64,000 nucleotides of DNA from the human T2T-CHM13v2.0 reference genome, Homo sapiens: NCBI RefSeq assembly GCF_009914755.1, contig NC_060932.1; one strand, written 5' to 3'. Shown piece after piece: positions 22,371-34,381 of the stretch (positions are counted from its first letter, which is position 1; every line of letters starts with the position of its first letter). The position numbers were made by a program, and so were the translations under genes. The notes below the pieces were generated by a model. It saw only the letters and a program-made list of their open reading frames with translations, did not search any database and was not told where the DNA came from.

Positions 22371-22794
22371 TTCCTAATCCTTTGTAATCTCCAAATTCCA
22401 CCACTTCTAGACCTAATCATATGGATTAGTCTTCGTATCCTGCAGAACTTTATTTTTTGTTTGTTTTTACAAAAAATGAAAGCAAACACAAACAAAAAGC
22501 CCCAAATATAGAATCAAGCTTCTGGAATGAAGAAACACATGGTAGCTTCTGATGTTCCCAAAATCTTTTCCCCCAGTTCTTTTTTTTGCTGACCTGTGTC
22601 TACTCTTTTCTCTAGTGGCCTATTAAAATTTATGTCCATATTTCTGTATCAATAACCATATCTAAATTTGTATCTATATTTGTGTCTTTATTTGTATTTC
22701 TATATCTACATTTTATTCTTATTTATGTGTATATCTGTTTGAACCTGTATTTTTACCAATTTTCCTTTTCATCTATGTTAATATGAGATGTAGA

Positions 22795-23450
22795 AAGGCC
22801 GTCTAGCCTGCTATTTAAGAGCAAAGACACAGGATCCAAACTCCTTGGATTTGAATCTTATTCCACCAAATGTTGTGTGTCTCTGGGCAAGTTATCTGAT
22901 ATGGTTAGGCTTTGTGTCCCCACCCAAATCTCATGTTGAATTGTAATCCTCATCATCCCTATAATCCCCACATATCAAGGGAGATACCAGGTGGAGGAAA
23001 TTGAATCACCGGGGTGGTTTCCTCCATGCTGTTCTCGCGATAATGAGTGAGTTCTAACAAGATCTAATGGTTTTATAAGTGTTTGGTAGTTCCTTCTGCA
23101 TGCACCCTCCTTCCTGCCACCTTGTGAAGAAGGTGCCTTGCTCCCCATTTGCCTTCTGCCATGATTGTAAGTTTCCTGAGGCCTCCCCAGCCATGCTGAA
23201 CTGTGAGCCAATTAAATCTCTTTCCTTTATAAATTACCCAGTCTTGGGCAGTTCTTTATAGCAGTGTGAAAATGGACTAAATAAAACATTATCTAATCTT
23301 TACGTGCTTAAGTTACTTCACCTGTAAAATGGGGATAATATTAGCATCTACAAGTTTGTAGCAAAGAGTAAAAGAGTTAATATACGTGAAGCACACAGAA
23401 TAGTATCTGGTATATGGTAAGTGCTATATAAGCTGTAAATGTTATTAGCT
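22795..23450 (+). mobile_element. MIR interrupted by a THE1 LTR
   Basis: MIR 5' half ends ...ctgggcaagttatc at 22896 and resumes at 23289: ttatctaatc...cacctgtaaaatggggataata...gtaagtgctatata. Confidence 0.85.
22897..23288 (+). mobile_element. THE1 (THE1C/D) MaLR solo LTR
   Basis: TGATATGGTTAGGCTTTGTGTCCCCACCC...; perfect TSD ttatc at 22892-22896 and 23289-23293. Confidence 0.93.
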
Positions 23451-24139
23451 ATGTCTGATTATGGAGAAAGGTCTTACTGAGTTCCTGGGCTAAATGCTTA
23501 CTAGCATTTTTTTTGAACCTGCAGCACTTGGGCTTGCTTTCAGAAACATTTGGAGGTAAATTTGCTTTTTCCTGAAATGAATAGAAATGAATGTGACTTG
23601 GAAAAAAAATGAAAATTTCTATTCAAATCAAGTCATATCTTCTCAGGAGCAGTAGCCTTTCTATGTAAGCAGCCTGGTGCCTAAGAAGAATCATGCCAGA
23701 GGGCATGTAGAATACCTAATAGTGATTCTATAGGGCTTTCTGAGGCCCTTTTATTTACAACCTGATGTGGTGGAATTCATGGTGTAACCCAGGAATCAGT
23801 TGCCTCTTCCTGAAGCCTCTTTTCTCTCTCCACACCAGGCTTACCACTCAGCCACTGCAATTTCAGTTTGTGCCTTACATGGTCTTCCCCAAGGCCTCTC
23901 AATCTACTACAACTTGCTTATGCAGAGCAATTTATCTCCTTTCCTGTTCCTATTTCCTCATTTACATGTTCTCCCTGACCACATTTCTCATCAAAAAGGT
24001 TTCTTTAATGTAAAGTGCCACCTTCCTTTTAGCTCAGTGAGGAATGATTAATAAATAGGTTTTTAAAAATTACATTAGTACATCTATTTCAGAAATAATA
24101 AAATTATTAGGAATAACAATTCCTGAAGGAAGAAAGAAC

Positions 24140-24235
24140 ATAATCAGGGTCACACAGCTGGTATTATAGGTTGCAGAACAGGAATTGTATTTCAGCTTGC
24201 TTGTCTCCAGATCTGAGTGTTTTTCCCCCACATCA
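24140..24235 (-). mobile_element. MIR fragment
   Basis: cagggtcacacagctggt...gcagaacaggaattg. Confidence 0.5.
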
Positions 24236-25556
24236 CACAGTTCAGATGGTTTCATTAGGCCTGGAGGAATCCAGTCATCTAGGAGAATCCAAAGAAGTTG
24301 AACCCTACTTTCAGCCTTTGTGTGGGTGTGTGACAACTTTTTTTTCTCACCACCTGCCTCATGTAGAAGTCACATTTGCAGAATCATATTTTCTTTGTTT
24401 CTTCTGGTTACTATAAAGAGAGGAAGCTAGAGTTTTATATTTCTCTCTGTCCTTGAGTCATCAGAGTGAATGCCCAAGGCAATGGAAATTGTTTCTCCTT
24501 ATTAAGGCTGCTGGACACCAAGTAAGTGGCTATTTCCTTCTAGTGTCTTAATTTTGGTGCTGGTACTCTCAAGATACTTTTCTCTTAGTTGAACCTCACA
24601 GAAGAGAATAAAGGGATGGGAAAAAATGTTAGAATTTTTCAATCCATTGCCTGCAGATATTTAGAATCCTGAATATTTTTTCCACGTTACACTGAGGACT
24701 TGAAATACAGCCCATTTTCCTGTCTATGATGTGGGTTGAACATATGTGTATTAGAATCATGCTATTTTTAATGCAGAAATCAACCCATTCTGTGCTTTTT
24801 CTGAGGGTTATAGGGTTTTGCTTTATGCAGTCACAATGGTGAGAAACAACTGGAAATTGGACTTGTCCCAAAATACAGAAAGGTGACTGCTGGGCCCTGA
24901 CAGGTTCACTGTTGCTTTCAAATCCTGTAAATGACATTGCTTATGTATGGGGTTTGTAAATGTAGACAATTAAATAATAGCTAACATTCCCCTATTTTAA
25001 AATTAGAGTCCATGATTGACTGTCTTGTGTCTGACTTTGGCCCTGCCAGGGACCAGAGAGGGAACTAATGTGAATTGCATTTAGTGTTTGTCAGATACGG
25101 TAAGCTGGTCTTGGTTGAAAAGGTAAAAATATGTGTCTATTTTATAGTAAATGCTTTACTGTAAGCAGATATTAAAAGATGACATTGTTGATCGATCTTC
25201 CTGGTTCTCTAACAGTAGGACATATGCATCATTGGGATTCATCTTGTTAATGTTGGGGTCTGAGGGTGGCACCTTACTTTATCATCACACCTTAAAAACC
25301 TAATACATATGCACAAATATGCGGCATTGCTTAGCATTTGTCATTAGAGCAAAGGGGCCTGGCAGTGGCTATATACCCTGATGCGTTGTCTAAATTAATC
25401 CATTGAGGGATATTGAATCACTTAATCACAACACAGACTTGCTGCCTTGGTAGGCACGCTCTCCCTTCATTAGATTTAATATATTTCTCATTATACAAAT
25501 CTGCCGCTGTGACAATAAGTCTTGTTCACAAATCAGTTTGCCCTTTTGCTTTGCAG

Positions 25557-25770
25557 ATGTGGAGAACTTTCATCAAACAAGACATAAATGGGGCCTGTTA
25601 GACAGGAGGTCAGAGCAGTCACTGTCAGATATTAATATCTATTCATTAAGATGATTTTTAATATCATGTTTTAATGGGCAGAGGTAAAACAATTGTGATT
25701 CTAACTTCTTGCTTGCATTGTAAACAAGAAAAAGGAAATGTCGTGACAAGGAATACTTGGAATTCCTCAG
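25557..25770 (+). other. Candidate non-coding exon in unique sequence
   Basis: Acceptor tttgcccttttgctttgcag|A and perfect donor CAG|GTAAGT; 214 nt; no recognisable protein. Confidence 0.3.
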
Positions 25771-26049
25771 GTAAGTCACAAAACTTCTTCCCCTCATTCC
25801 CTCTGAATGCAAACCAAATGCATGGGGACTCCATTTGTACATGTGGTCTTTCAGGTTACTGCTGATTTGAGTCTAGTTGATTTAAAAACCAAGGCATAAA
25901 GAACACTATGCATATAAAGGTAAGCAAAGTGTTTGGAAATCAATTAAAAATGGATATTAACCAGTGGAGCTAAAATTATAATTATTGATTTCAGAAAAAT
26001 ATCTACCTTTTTTCTTTTTTTGCTTTCTATGGTAGTATAGTGCTTGGTA

Positions 26050-27080
26050 GAGTAGAAAGTTTGAATAGCATTTTTGTAAGTCAAATTCTAATTTATTGCA
26101 CATTTAGTATATATCCTGGCACATTATTTACCTCCTTTCTTATTTTCTTGATCGTATTCTCCAAAGGATTATCTCTGTTATTGATCTTTCCAAGAATATG
26201 TTTTCTTTCCCGTTGATCCTTTCACTTGTTTTCATTTTGTTATTATTTTATTTTGCTAATGTCTATTTTTATCTTTATTAATCTTTCTTCCTCTCCTTTC
26301 TTTGGATATTGTTCTTTTATTAACTTTTGTGAGTTGAAAGTTTATTTTTTAATTTTCTGTTTGTTTTCTCTAGATTTCAGATGCACAGAAGTGAATTAGT
26401 TGCAGTTTTTGGTTCACGACATACCATCAACTCATATTTCTTTGTTGATGACTTATTTAATGTGAAAAGAACACATAAAACTACTATTCAAAACAAAATG
26501 TAGAACTGTGACATTATCTTCATTTAATCATATGGACTCCTATGCTATTTTTCTTTCTCCCTCTTGCTGTTGATGTAAACATTATCTTGAGTTCCAGATC
26601 TATCTTTCCTTTTTATATAGTCTTATTGCATCTATATGTAAACCTAAAATTACATATTTTAACTTTAGTAGTTGTATACTTTATGAGAAGAGTATCATGT
26701 TGTATGTAATCTTTTGGGACTTTTTTTTCCACTTCATGTAAGAATACGTATCAACAATGGTCTGGATACAGTGCTTTGTATGTATCAATCAAATCATGTG
26801 TATCAATACTATCATTTAAACCTTTTCTACTTTCAGTGACTTTTTTCTTCTTAATCACTTACAAGAGAGGTGTGTTAACATCTCTCACTCAGATTATGGG
26901 TTTGTCTACTTTACTTATTTTTTTTACTTTATGTATTTTTAGGTTATGAATGCAAATTCAGAATTGTCAAATTTTTCCAAGGTAAAATGGATCACATACC
27001 ATTAAGAAATATCTCTTTATTATTTCTGGTAACTTTTTGTCATAAAATCTACATTGTTTGACATCCATATAGCAATATTA
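26050..27080 (-). mobile_element. Degenerate L1ME fragments
   Basis: T-rich reverse L1-like pieces (ttattgatctttccaagaa, gtatgtaatcttttgggac, gagaggtgtgttaacatctc). Confidence 0.5.
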
Positions 27081-27647
27081 ACTAAAAAAAAGACTGAAAC
27101 TGTGATTTTTAAAAAGTCAAAAGACATAAACCGACATTTTACAGATAAAGCAAGGCAAATATCATTTAAAAATATGAAAAGATTTTAACCTCGTTCATAA
27201 AAGTAATGCAAATAGAAATTCTGCTGAGATACCACTGCTCATCTAAGATACTTTAAACAATTCAAACACTTACAAAACAGTGTGTTGACAAGACTATGGA
27301 GAAACAGGCACTGCTACATGGCAGGTGATAATCTCAAAAGGTAAAGTACAACTCCTGTGGTGGGGGATTTAGCAATATCTAACAACATTGCATATGTATT
27401 TATTCTTTGATCCATGGGTCTACCAGTCTATCCTGAGACTACTCCCAAAAAATATAAAGAACACATGCAGAAAATTATTTACTACAGCATTATTTGTAAT
27501 AGCAAAAGATTAGAAACAACACAAACCTCCATGAATAGAGGGCTGTTTGAATAAACTCTATTATATGGCCAAAAGAGTGCTATGCAGCTGTTAAAATGAA
27601 AATGAGGAGGATCTCATGAGCTCATGGCTAGTGATTTCTAGGAGAGA

Positions 27648-28266
<619 letters not shown>

Positions 28267-30084
28267 GAAGATTTATTATTAAGGGAGAAAACCAAGTTAT
28301 AGAGTGAAGCATATGTTATGCTGCTTTTTGTGTAATAAAGGAGAGGAAATATGAATAAATATATAGATTTGGTCATTTTCCACCAAAAGAAACATAGCAA
28401 GGATAAATTAGCAACTAATGAAATGGTTACCAATAGGGAGTTGAAGGGATGTGGTAGAGGGGCTGAAAATTGGCTGAGCTTTCTGGAGAATCAGTTTTGA
28501 CTTTTGAACCATGTGTGTTTTATATATTCAAAAACTTAACTAAAATCAAACATAAATAGAAGAAACATCTATATCAAAATGATAAAGGGGAAAGAATTAT
28601 TTCAAGTAACTTCTGAATTCACTCCTTTGTATACCTTTAGTAGAGCACATTTTAAAGTACAAAAGGACTGCCAAGAAATCTTAAATTTTACACTGGAGTT
28701 TATTGTTAGCAGTAACAATTGTAACTTGGAGGCTATTTTTCATTTTTATATTGTAGGCTAAAGTAAATACATAATTATATTGAGGTTTTTATAGGAGAAT
28801 AAAATGTAAAATTAAAAAACCCTGTAACCTGAATTCAAGTTAGAAATATCAATATAAAATTGTATTTAAAAAACCCCACATTTCCAACCTTTGCCATTGA
28901 ACATGCCTGGGAACAATGACCTTTGAGTAGCATTGAGCACACCAAACGTCTAGATTTGGGTTCTAAATGTCATTCTTCATTAAAAGCAACCAGGGCTCCT
29001 TGGAGAAATGGCTGATTTCACATCTGAGCTGGGAAAGAAAAACACGGTCCCAGGACTTCTTCTTGTGCTACCAAATAAGGAAGTGCTCAAACGCTAATGA
29101 GATTATGTCTAAGGGACACAAAAGTCAGCTTGAAGGACCTCTCACTGAGTACATTTGCGATGATATGAACATAAATAAAGATTATAATTGATTATGATAC
29201 ATGAAATGAACAATATGTCATGAGTTGATTACGATGGAATGGGGTAAGGAAAGGGAGAGGGGTGGTTCTGACTCAATTACAAAGGAATGTTAGTTAATAA
29301 ATGTAGAAGTTATAATAGAATTAGAAAATCGCCATTTTTCAATTCCCAATAAATGATTCACTGATTCAGGTGAGCCTCAGCAATCAATGCTAAAGCCATT
29401 AGACAAAATGTTGTTTGGAAGTGGGAATATTCACAAATGGCTGAAGTGTCACCACACAGATTAATCACTGACTATAGTATAGCAAAGGAAAAAATGCACT
29501 TTTACAATACAGAGAGCTAGTGGTTATTACTGTAACCAAATAAACAAAGCTACCATCACTCATAGTGGGATGCTCTGACTGTGTGAGCTTCTTGATCTTA
29601 TGCAATGCATATTCCACCCTTGTGAGATGCACTTGCCAAAAATGTGTAACCTGAATCTGTTCAAGGGTCCAAACATAATTTTTAATTAAAGGCAAAATTT
29701 AATAACACCATGAGAAAACAATTAGACAAATACAGGCTATGAGACATCCTGAAAGACAATGGGTTTCAACTTTTCAAAAAAATCAATGAAAAAGTTTAAA
29801 AAAAGGGAAGATTGAGGTACTGACTGTTCTATGATAATCTGATAACCAAGGCAATGCCTGAACCTTACTGGATCGTTTTTTCTTTTTAAATAGCTATAAA
29901 AGACATTTTGGGTGCAATTGGAGGCATTTAAAAATGGACTGGCTATTAGTCAATATTATGGAATTGGAATTATTGTTTATTTTCTGAAGTGTAATAATTG
30001 CATTGAAGCTATTCTTAGGAGATGCATGATGGAATATTTATGAGTAAAGTATCATAATGTCTGCAACTTCATGTGGCTGGAGAA

Positions 30085-30085
30085 A

Positions 30086-30122
<37 letters not shown>

Positions 30123-30282
30123 AAGAAGTGGAAACAGAGAGAGGGAGGGGGTCAGAGGAAGTGGGAGAGGAAGAGATGGGGAGAAGAGGAAAGGAGGGGT
30201 GAAGGTTGGGGAGAGGCAGGAGGGACAGAGAAAGAGAGAGGAGGTTTGTGGGTATAGAGAGGGGATAGAGAGGTGTGAGGTG
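30085..30282. repeat. (TA)n(GA)n microsatellite plus purine-rich tract
   Basis: atatatatatatatagagagagag...gagggagggggtcagaggaagtggg... Confidence 0.9.
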
Positions 30283-30509
30283 TAGACATGGTAAAACATT
30301 AATAGTTCTTGACTGTAGTTGGTATGAATACAGATTCATCATATTATTTTTCCAGCTTTTGTGTGTTTCACGTTCAGAGTAAAATTGGGGAGGCACAGGG
30401 TTGCAGCTGAGAAAGAAAACACACTCGCACAGCCCTCTTGAAAGCAGCAGCTGTATACTTGAAGTGTATCCCAGATACCAGGGACTAGAATCTTGGTACA
30501 CAAAGAACA

Positions 30510-30656
30510 GACTGAGAATCAGCAGCATCAGCAGCTTCTTGGAGTTTATTAGAAATGCAAAATTTCAGGCCCTACTCCGTACCTTCTGAATCAAAATCAG
30601 CATTTTAACAGGCTCTCCAGGTGATTCACTTGCCTATGAAGTTTTGAGAATACTAG
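30510..30656. mobile_element. MER5A-like hAT-Charlie MITE
   Basis: gcagcatcagc...ttagaaatgcaaaatttcaggccc...ctgaatcaaaatcagcattttaacagg...ccaggtgattc...tttgagaa. Confidence 0.8.
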
Positions 30657-31067
30657 TGAATAAGGCAAAATAACCATTGAATTTTCCGTGAAACACATCT
30701 TCTAATTGTCCAACTACTTTCTTGATGCCACAGCTATTACTATCTGAATTTACACTGTCTTTGTAAACTTAAACAGCAGGACATAATATAACCCCTGGAT
30801 CTTTTATTTTTTTTTTTTCTTCTGTGGAACATAGGAGAATTGCTCCATAATTATATTTGTCTCAGGGCAGGTGGCCTATGAGTCAATAAACAATAAGGCT
30901 GCAAAGATTCAGATTGTCTTCTGCTCCATCTACTTCTGTATTTCCTCTCATCAGATACAATTATAGGAAAATAAAGAGACTTCCTAAAAGGCAGAAAACA
31001 AATGTTCCTAGGATTCTGTTTTGGATTTCCTCTGCCAGCTCAGTATTTGTGGACTGCATTTCAACAC

Positions 31068-31425
31068 TGATATGGTTTGGCTGTGTCCCCACCCAAATCT
31101 CATCTTGAACTGTAGCTCCCACAATTCTCACATGTTGTGGGAGGTAATTGAATCATGGGGGTGGGTCTTTCCCATGCTGTTCTCATTATAGTGAATAAGT
31201 CTCATGAGATCTGATGGTTTTATAAAGAGGAGTTCCCCTGCACATGTTCTCTCTTTGCCTGCCACCATGTAATATGTGACTTGCTCCTAAGGAGCAAGGG
31301 CCTTCCACCATGATTGTGAGGCCTCCCCAGCCATGTGGAATTGTAAGTCCATAAAACCTCTTTCCTTTATAAATTACCCAGTCTTGGGTATGTCTTTATC
31401 ATCAGTGTCAGAACAGACTAATACA
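31068..31425 (+). mobile_element. THE1B MaLR solo LTR
   Basis: TGATATGGTTTGGCTGTGTCCCCACCC...gactaatACA; perfect TSD aacac. Confidence 0.93.
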
Positions 31426-32346
31426 AACACCTTCTCTGCTCTGTCTGGATTAGAAGCCTGACCAGCAAAACTGGATTGTCAACAAGTGAAACCCCTTCTT
31501 CAAAAACAGTGACTGAATAATGGCTATGGAAACCCAGGGCCTCAAAAAGGTTTTCTCAAACTCTGATTTATGAGGACTTTTATTCTTGTTGTTCCTTATC
31601 CACCTGAGGAGAAATGTTTTACCATCTCCTTTTTTTAAGATCTCTTTGCCCTGAGATGTCTAATTTGGGCTTTCCAAATCTGTAACACTTCTTGGGTATA
31701 ATAAGATCTATGTTAATTCAGGGTAACAAGAATCACTATTGTCTTCTGCTTATTGTTTCTGATCTACACATGAATCTAAACATAATTTGGTGCATTTCTG
31801 CCCATTTTCTGGCCCAGGCAAGAAATGGGTGTGTCTTCATCCCTTGAGTCATTTATTTCCAGATAAATATGGTCCAGCTGCTGAAGTTTTCTGTGTTTTC
31901 CACACTTCATATAAACCAACCAGACTCCCCGAGAGATTTGGACAATAGTTGCCTAGCACAGATAATAAGGCTAGTAAATAGCTCCCTATTTCTGACACTT
32001 TTGAATGCAATTAAGAAGTGATAGCTCATCTGAGCATGGGTAACACTCTAGGGTTTGGTGGTGAATAAGCTCTAGATGCTTTGCTTTTCATCTCTCATAT
32101 CTTTCTTGCTTCCTGTCTTAATCTGGCTGTGGTTTTCTAAGGGATCTTCGTATGAATTATGCCCTTGGCATTCAACTCTTCCCTATTTCTTGCTGCAAAA
32201 GGAAATTGGCCAGATGGGATTTGATGCCCCCTCCCAATGAACAGCTTACTCCTCAGTATTTGTACTTTTGAATACACATAGAAAGTACCAGATGTCCTTT
32301 TTCTTTCCCTGGGAAAAGAGGCAGGGTGGTTACACCTGTTTCCCTC

Positions 32347-32648
32347 TTTTTTTTTTTTTTTTTTTTTTTGAGGTGGAGTCTTGCTCTGTTGCCCAGGCTG
32401 GAGTGCAGTGGCATGATCTCAGCTCACTGCAAGCTCCGCCTCCCAGGTTCACATCATTCCTGCCTCAGCCTCCCGAGTAGCTGGGACTACAGGAGCCCGC
32501 CACCACGCCTGGCTAATTTTTTGTCTTTTTAGTAGAGACGGGGTTTCACCGTGTTAGCCAGGATGGTCTCAATCTACTGACCTCGTGATCCACCCACCTC
32601 AGCCTCCCAAAGTGCTGGGATTACATGCATGAGCCAATGCACCTGGCC
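32347..32648 (-). mobile_element. AluY
   Basis: Y diagnostics gcaagctccgcc, cgtgttagccaggatggtctc and gacctcgtgatcc; TSD acctgttt(c/t)cctc. Confidence 0.93.
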
Positions 32649-32849
32649 ACCTGTTTTCCTCTTTTTCCTTTGTCTTCTTCTACAGTCATTATTGATTCTT
32701 TGACCTTGTGAAATGCCCTCTTCTCAATTGAAAGCCTTTGTTATCCTGAGTGAATTTAAACTACTGAATTATGCATATGGAAATCATAGCATAGCAAAAC
32801 AAGATGGAAGTCGTAGATTCAAGAACTGAATTTTTCAGTATTCTTATAA

Positions 32850-32965
32850 ATTTTGGAAATTTAATTTCTTGGTGCTCCAATTTTCTTGTTTTAAAACTGG
32901 AGTGGATGAGGCTTCCTGACCTACTTCCCAAGGATATATTGAGGAGCTAATGTACTTGAAAGTAG
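32850..32965 (+). mobile_element. MIR fragment
   Basis: caattttcttgttttaaaactggag...cctacttcccaaggatatattgaggagctaa. Confidence 0.5.
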
Positions 32966-32979
32966 ACTGCTCTTTTATA

Positions 32980-33876
32980 ATTCTTATTTTGAAATAATTG
33001 TAGATTCACATGCAGTTGTAAGAAATAATACAGAGGTATCCTCTGTATCTTCACCCAGTTTCCTCCAGTGATAATTCTTGTGGAACTAAAGTACAATATC
33101 ACAACCAGGAAATTGACATTGATACACATCTCACCTTATTCAGAGTTTGCCAGTTTTGCATGCATTTATTTGTGCACACGTGTGTATTTACTTCTGTTTT
33201 AATTTCTCAGGGTTGCTGTAGTGAAGTACAACAAACTGGGTAGCTTAAAACAATAGACACATATTCTCTCTAGTTCTGAAGACTAGAAGTCTAAACTCAA
33301 GGTGCTGGTGGGGCCATGTCTTCTCCAGAGCCTCCAGAAGATGACCCATCCTTTCCTCTTCTAGCTTCCAGGTGTTTCTTGGCTTGTGGCAACATAGCTC
33401 TGATCTCTGCCTCTGTCATCACATGACCCTCTTCTCCCTGTGTGTTTTCATGTCATCTTTCTTCTTTGTGTGTGTGCCCCAATTTCCTCCTTCTTATAAA
33501 GACACCAGTCATATTGGATTAGGGCTCACACTATTCCAGTCTGGCTTCCTCTTAACTAATTACATCTGCAGCAGCGCTATTTCTAGATAAGGTCACATTC
33601 TAAGGTACTGGGGGTTAGAACATCAACATATCTCTTTGGGGGTCACAATTTGCGCAAGAAATTCTATACAATTTTATTACACATGTAGATTTATGTGCCC
33701 ACTACTACACTCAGGACATAGAACAATTCCATCACCACAAGGATCTTTTTATAGTTGTAGATACCTTCTTCCCTCTCCTTTGCCCTACCCCCACAGATCT
33801 TTGGAACACCACTCATAAGTTCTCCATCTCTATGATATTGTAATTTGAAAAATGTTATATAAATGGGATCATACAG
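32980..33876 (-). mobile_element. L1MC1/2-like 3' end, interrupted by MLT1C
   Basis: gtagattcacatgcagttgtaagaaataatacagag...; resumes ~33661 and runs to gaaaatgttatataaatgggatcatacag. Confidence 0.82.
33195..33660 (-). mobile_element. MLT1C-like MaLR LTR
   Basis: acaaactgggtagcttaaaacaa...gacaccagtcatattggattaggg...aaggtcacattctaaggtactgggggttag. Confidence 0.85.
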
Positions 33877-34024
33877 ACCACTTTGTAAACTTAACACCCT
33901 GCACTCGTATACATGTATATGGTGGTGTAGTTGTACACAGCTGGATTTTCTACATCATCAAAGGGCAGGTAATGTAGAGTTTGGTTTTTCCCAGTTATGT
34001 TTTTCTGAGCTCATTTTTAATTCC

Positions 34025-34381
34025 TTTTTTTTTTTTTTTTTTTTTTAAAGAGACAGGGTGTCACTTTGTCATCCAGGCTGGGATGTGCAGTGGTGTGATT
34101 GTAGCTCATTACATTCTTTACCTCCTAGGCTCAAGTGTTCCTCTTGCCTCAGCCTCCTAGGTAGCTGGGATTACAAGTGTGAGCCACTACGCCTAGCTAA
34201 GTTTTCTTTTCTTTCTTTCTTTTTTTTTTCTCTAGAGTTGGGGTTCTCACTATGCTGCCTCAGTTGGTCTCAAACTCCTGGCCTCAAGCGACCCTCCTGC
34301 CTCACTCCTGGCCTCAAGCTACCCTCCTGCCTCAGCCTCCCAAAATGCTGGGATGACAGGCATGAGCTACCATACCTGGCC
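34025..34381 (-). mobile_element. AluJ with an internal 30-bp tandem duplication
   Basis: AluJ features; unit actcctggcctcaagc(g/t)accctcctgcctc at 34274-34303 and 34304-34333. Confidence 0.9.

Noticed and set aside
30052-30528. 158-aa Ser/Leu/Pro-rich ORF
   Set aside because: Product of the GA/CT low-complexity tract.
31320-31336. PRDM9 hotspot motif in THE1B and the other THE1 LTRs
   Set aside because: The copies read CCTCCCCAGCCAT or CCTTCCTAGCCAT, not the CCTCCCTNNCCAC hotspot form.
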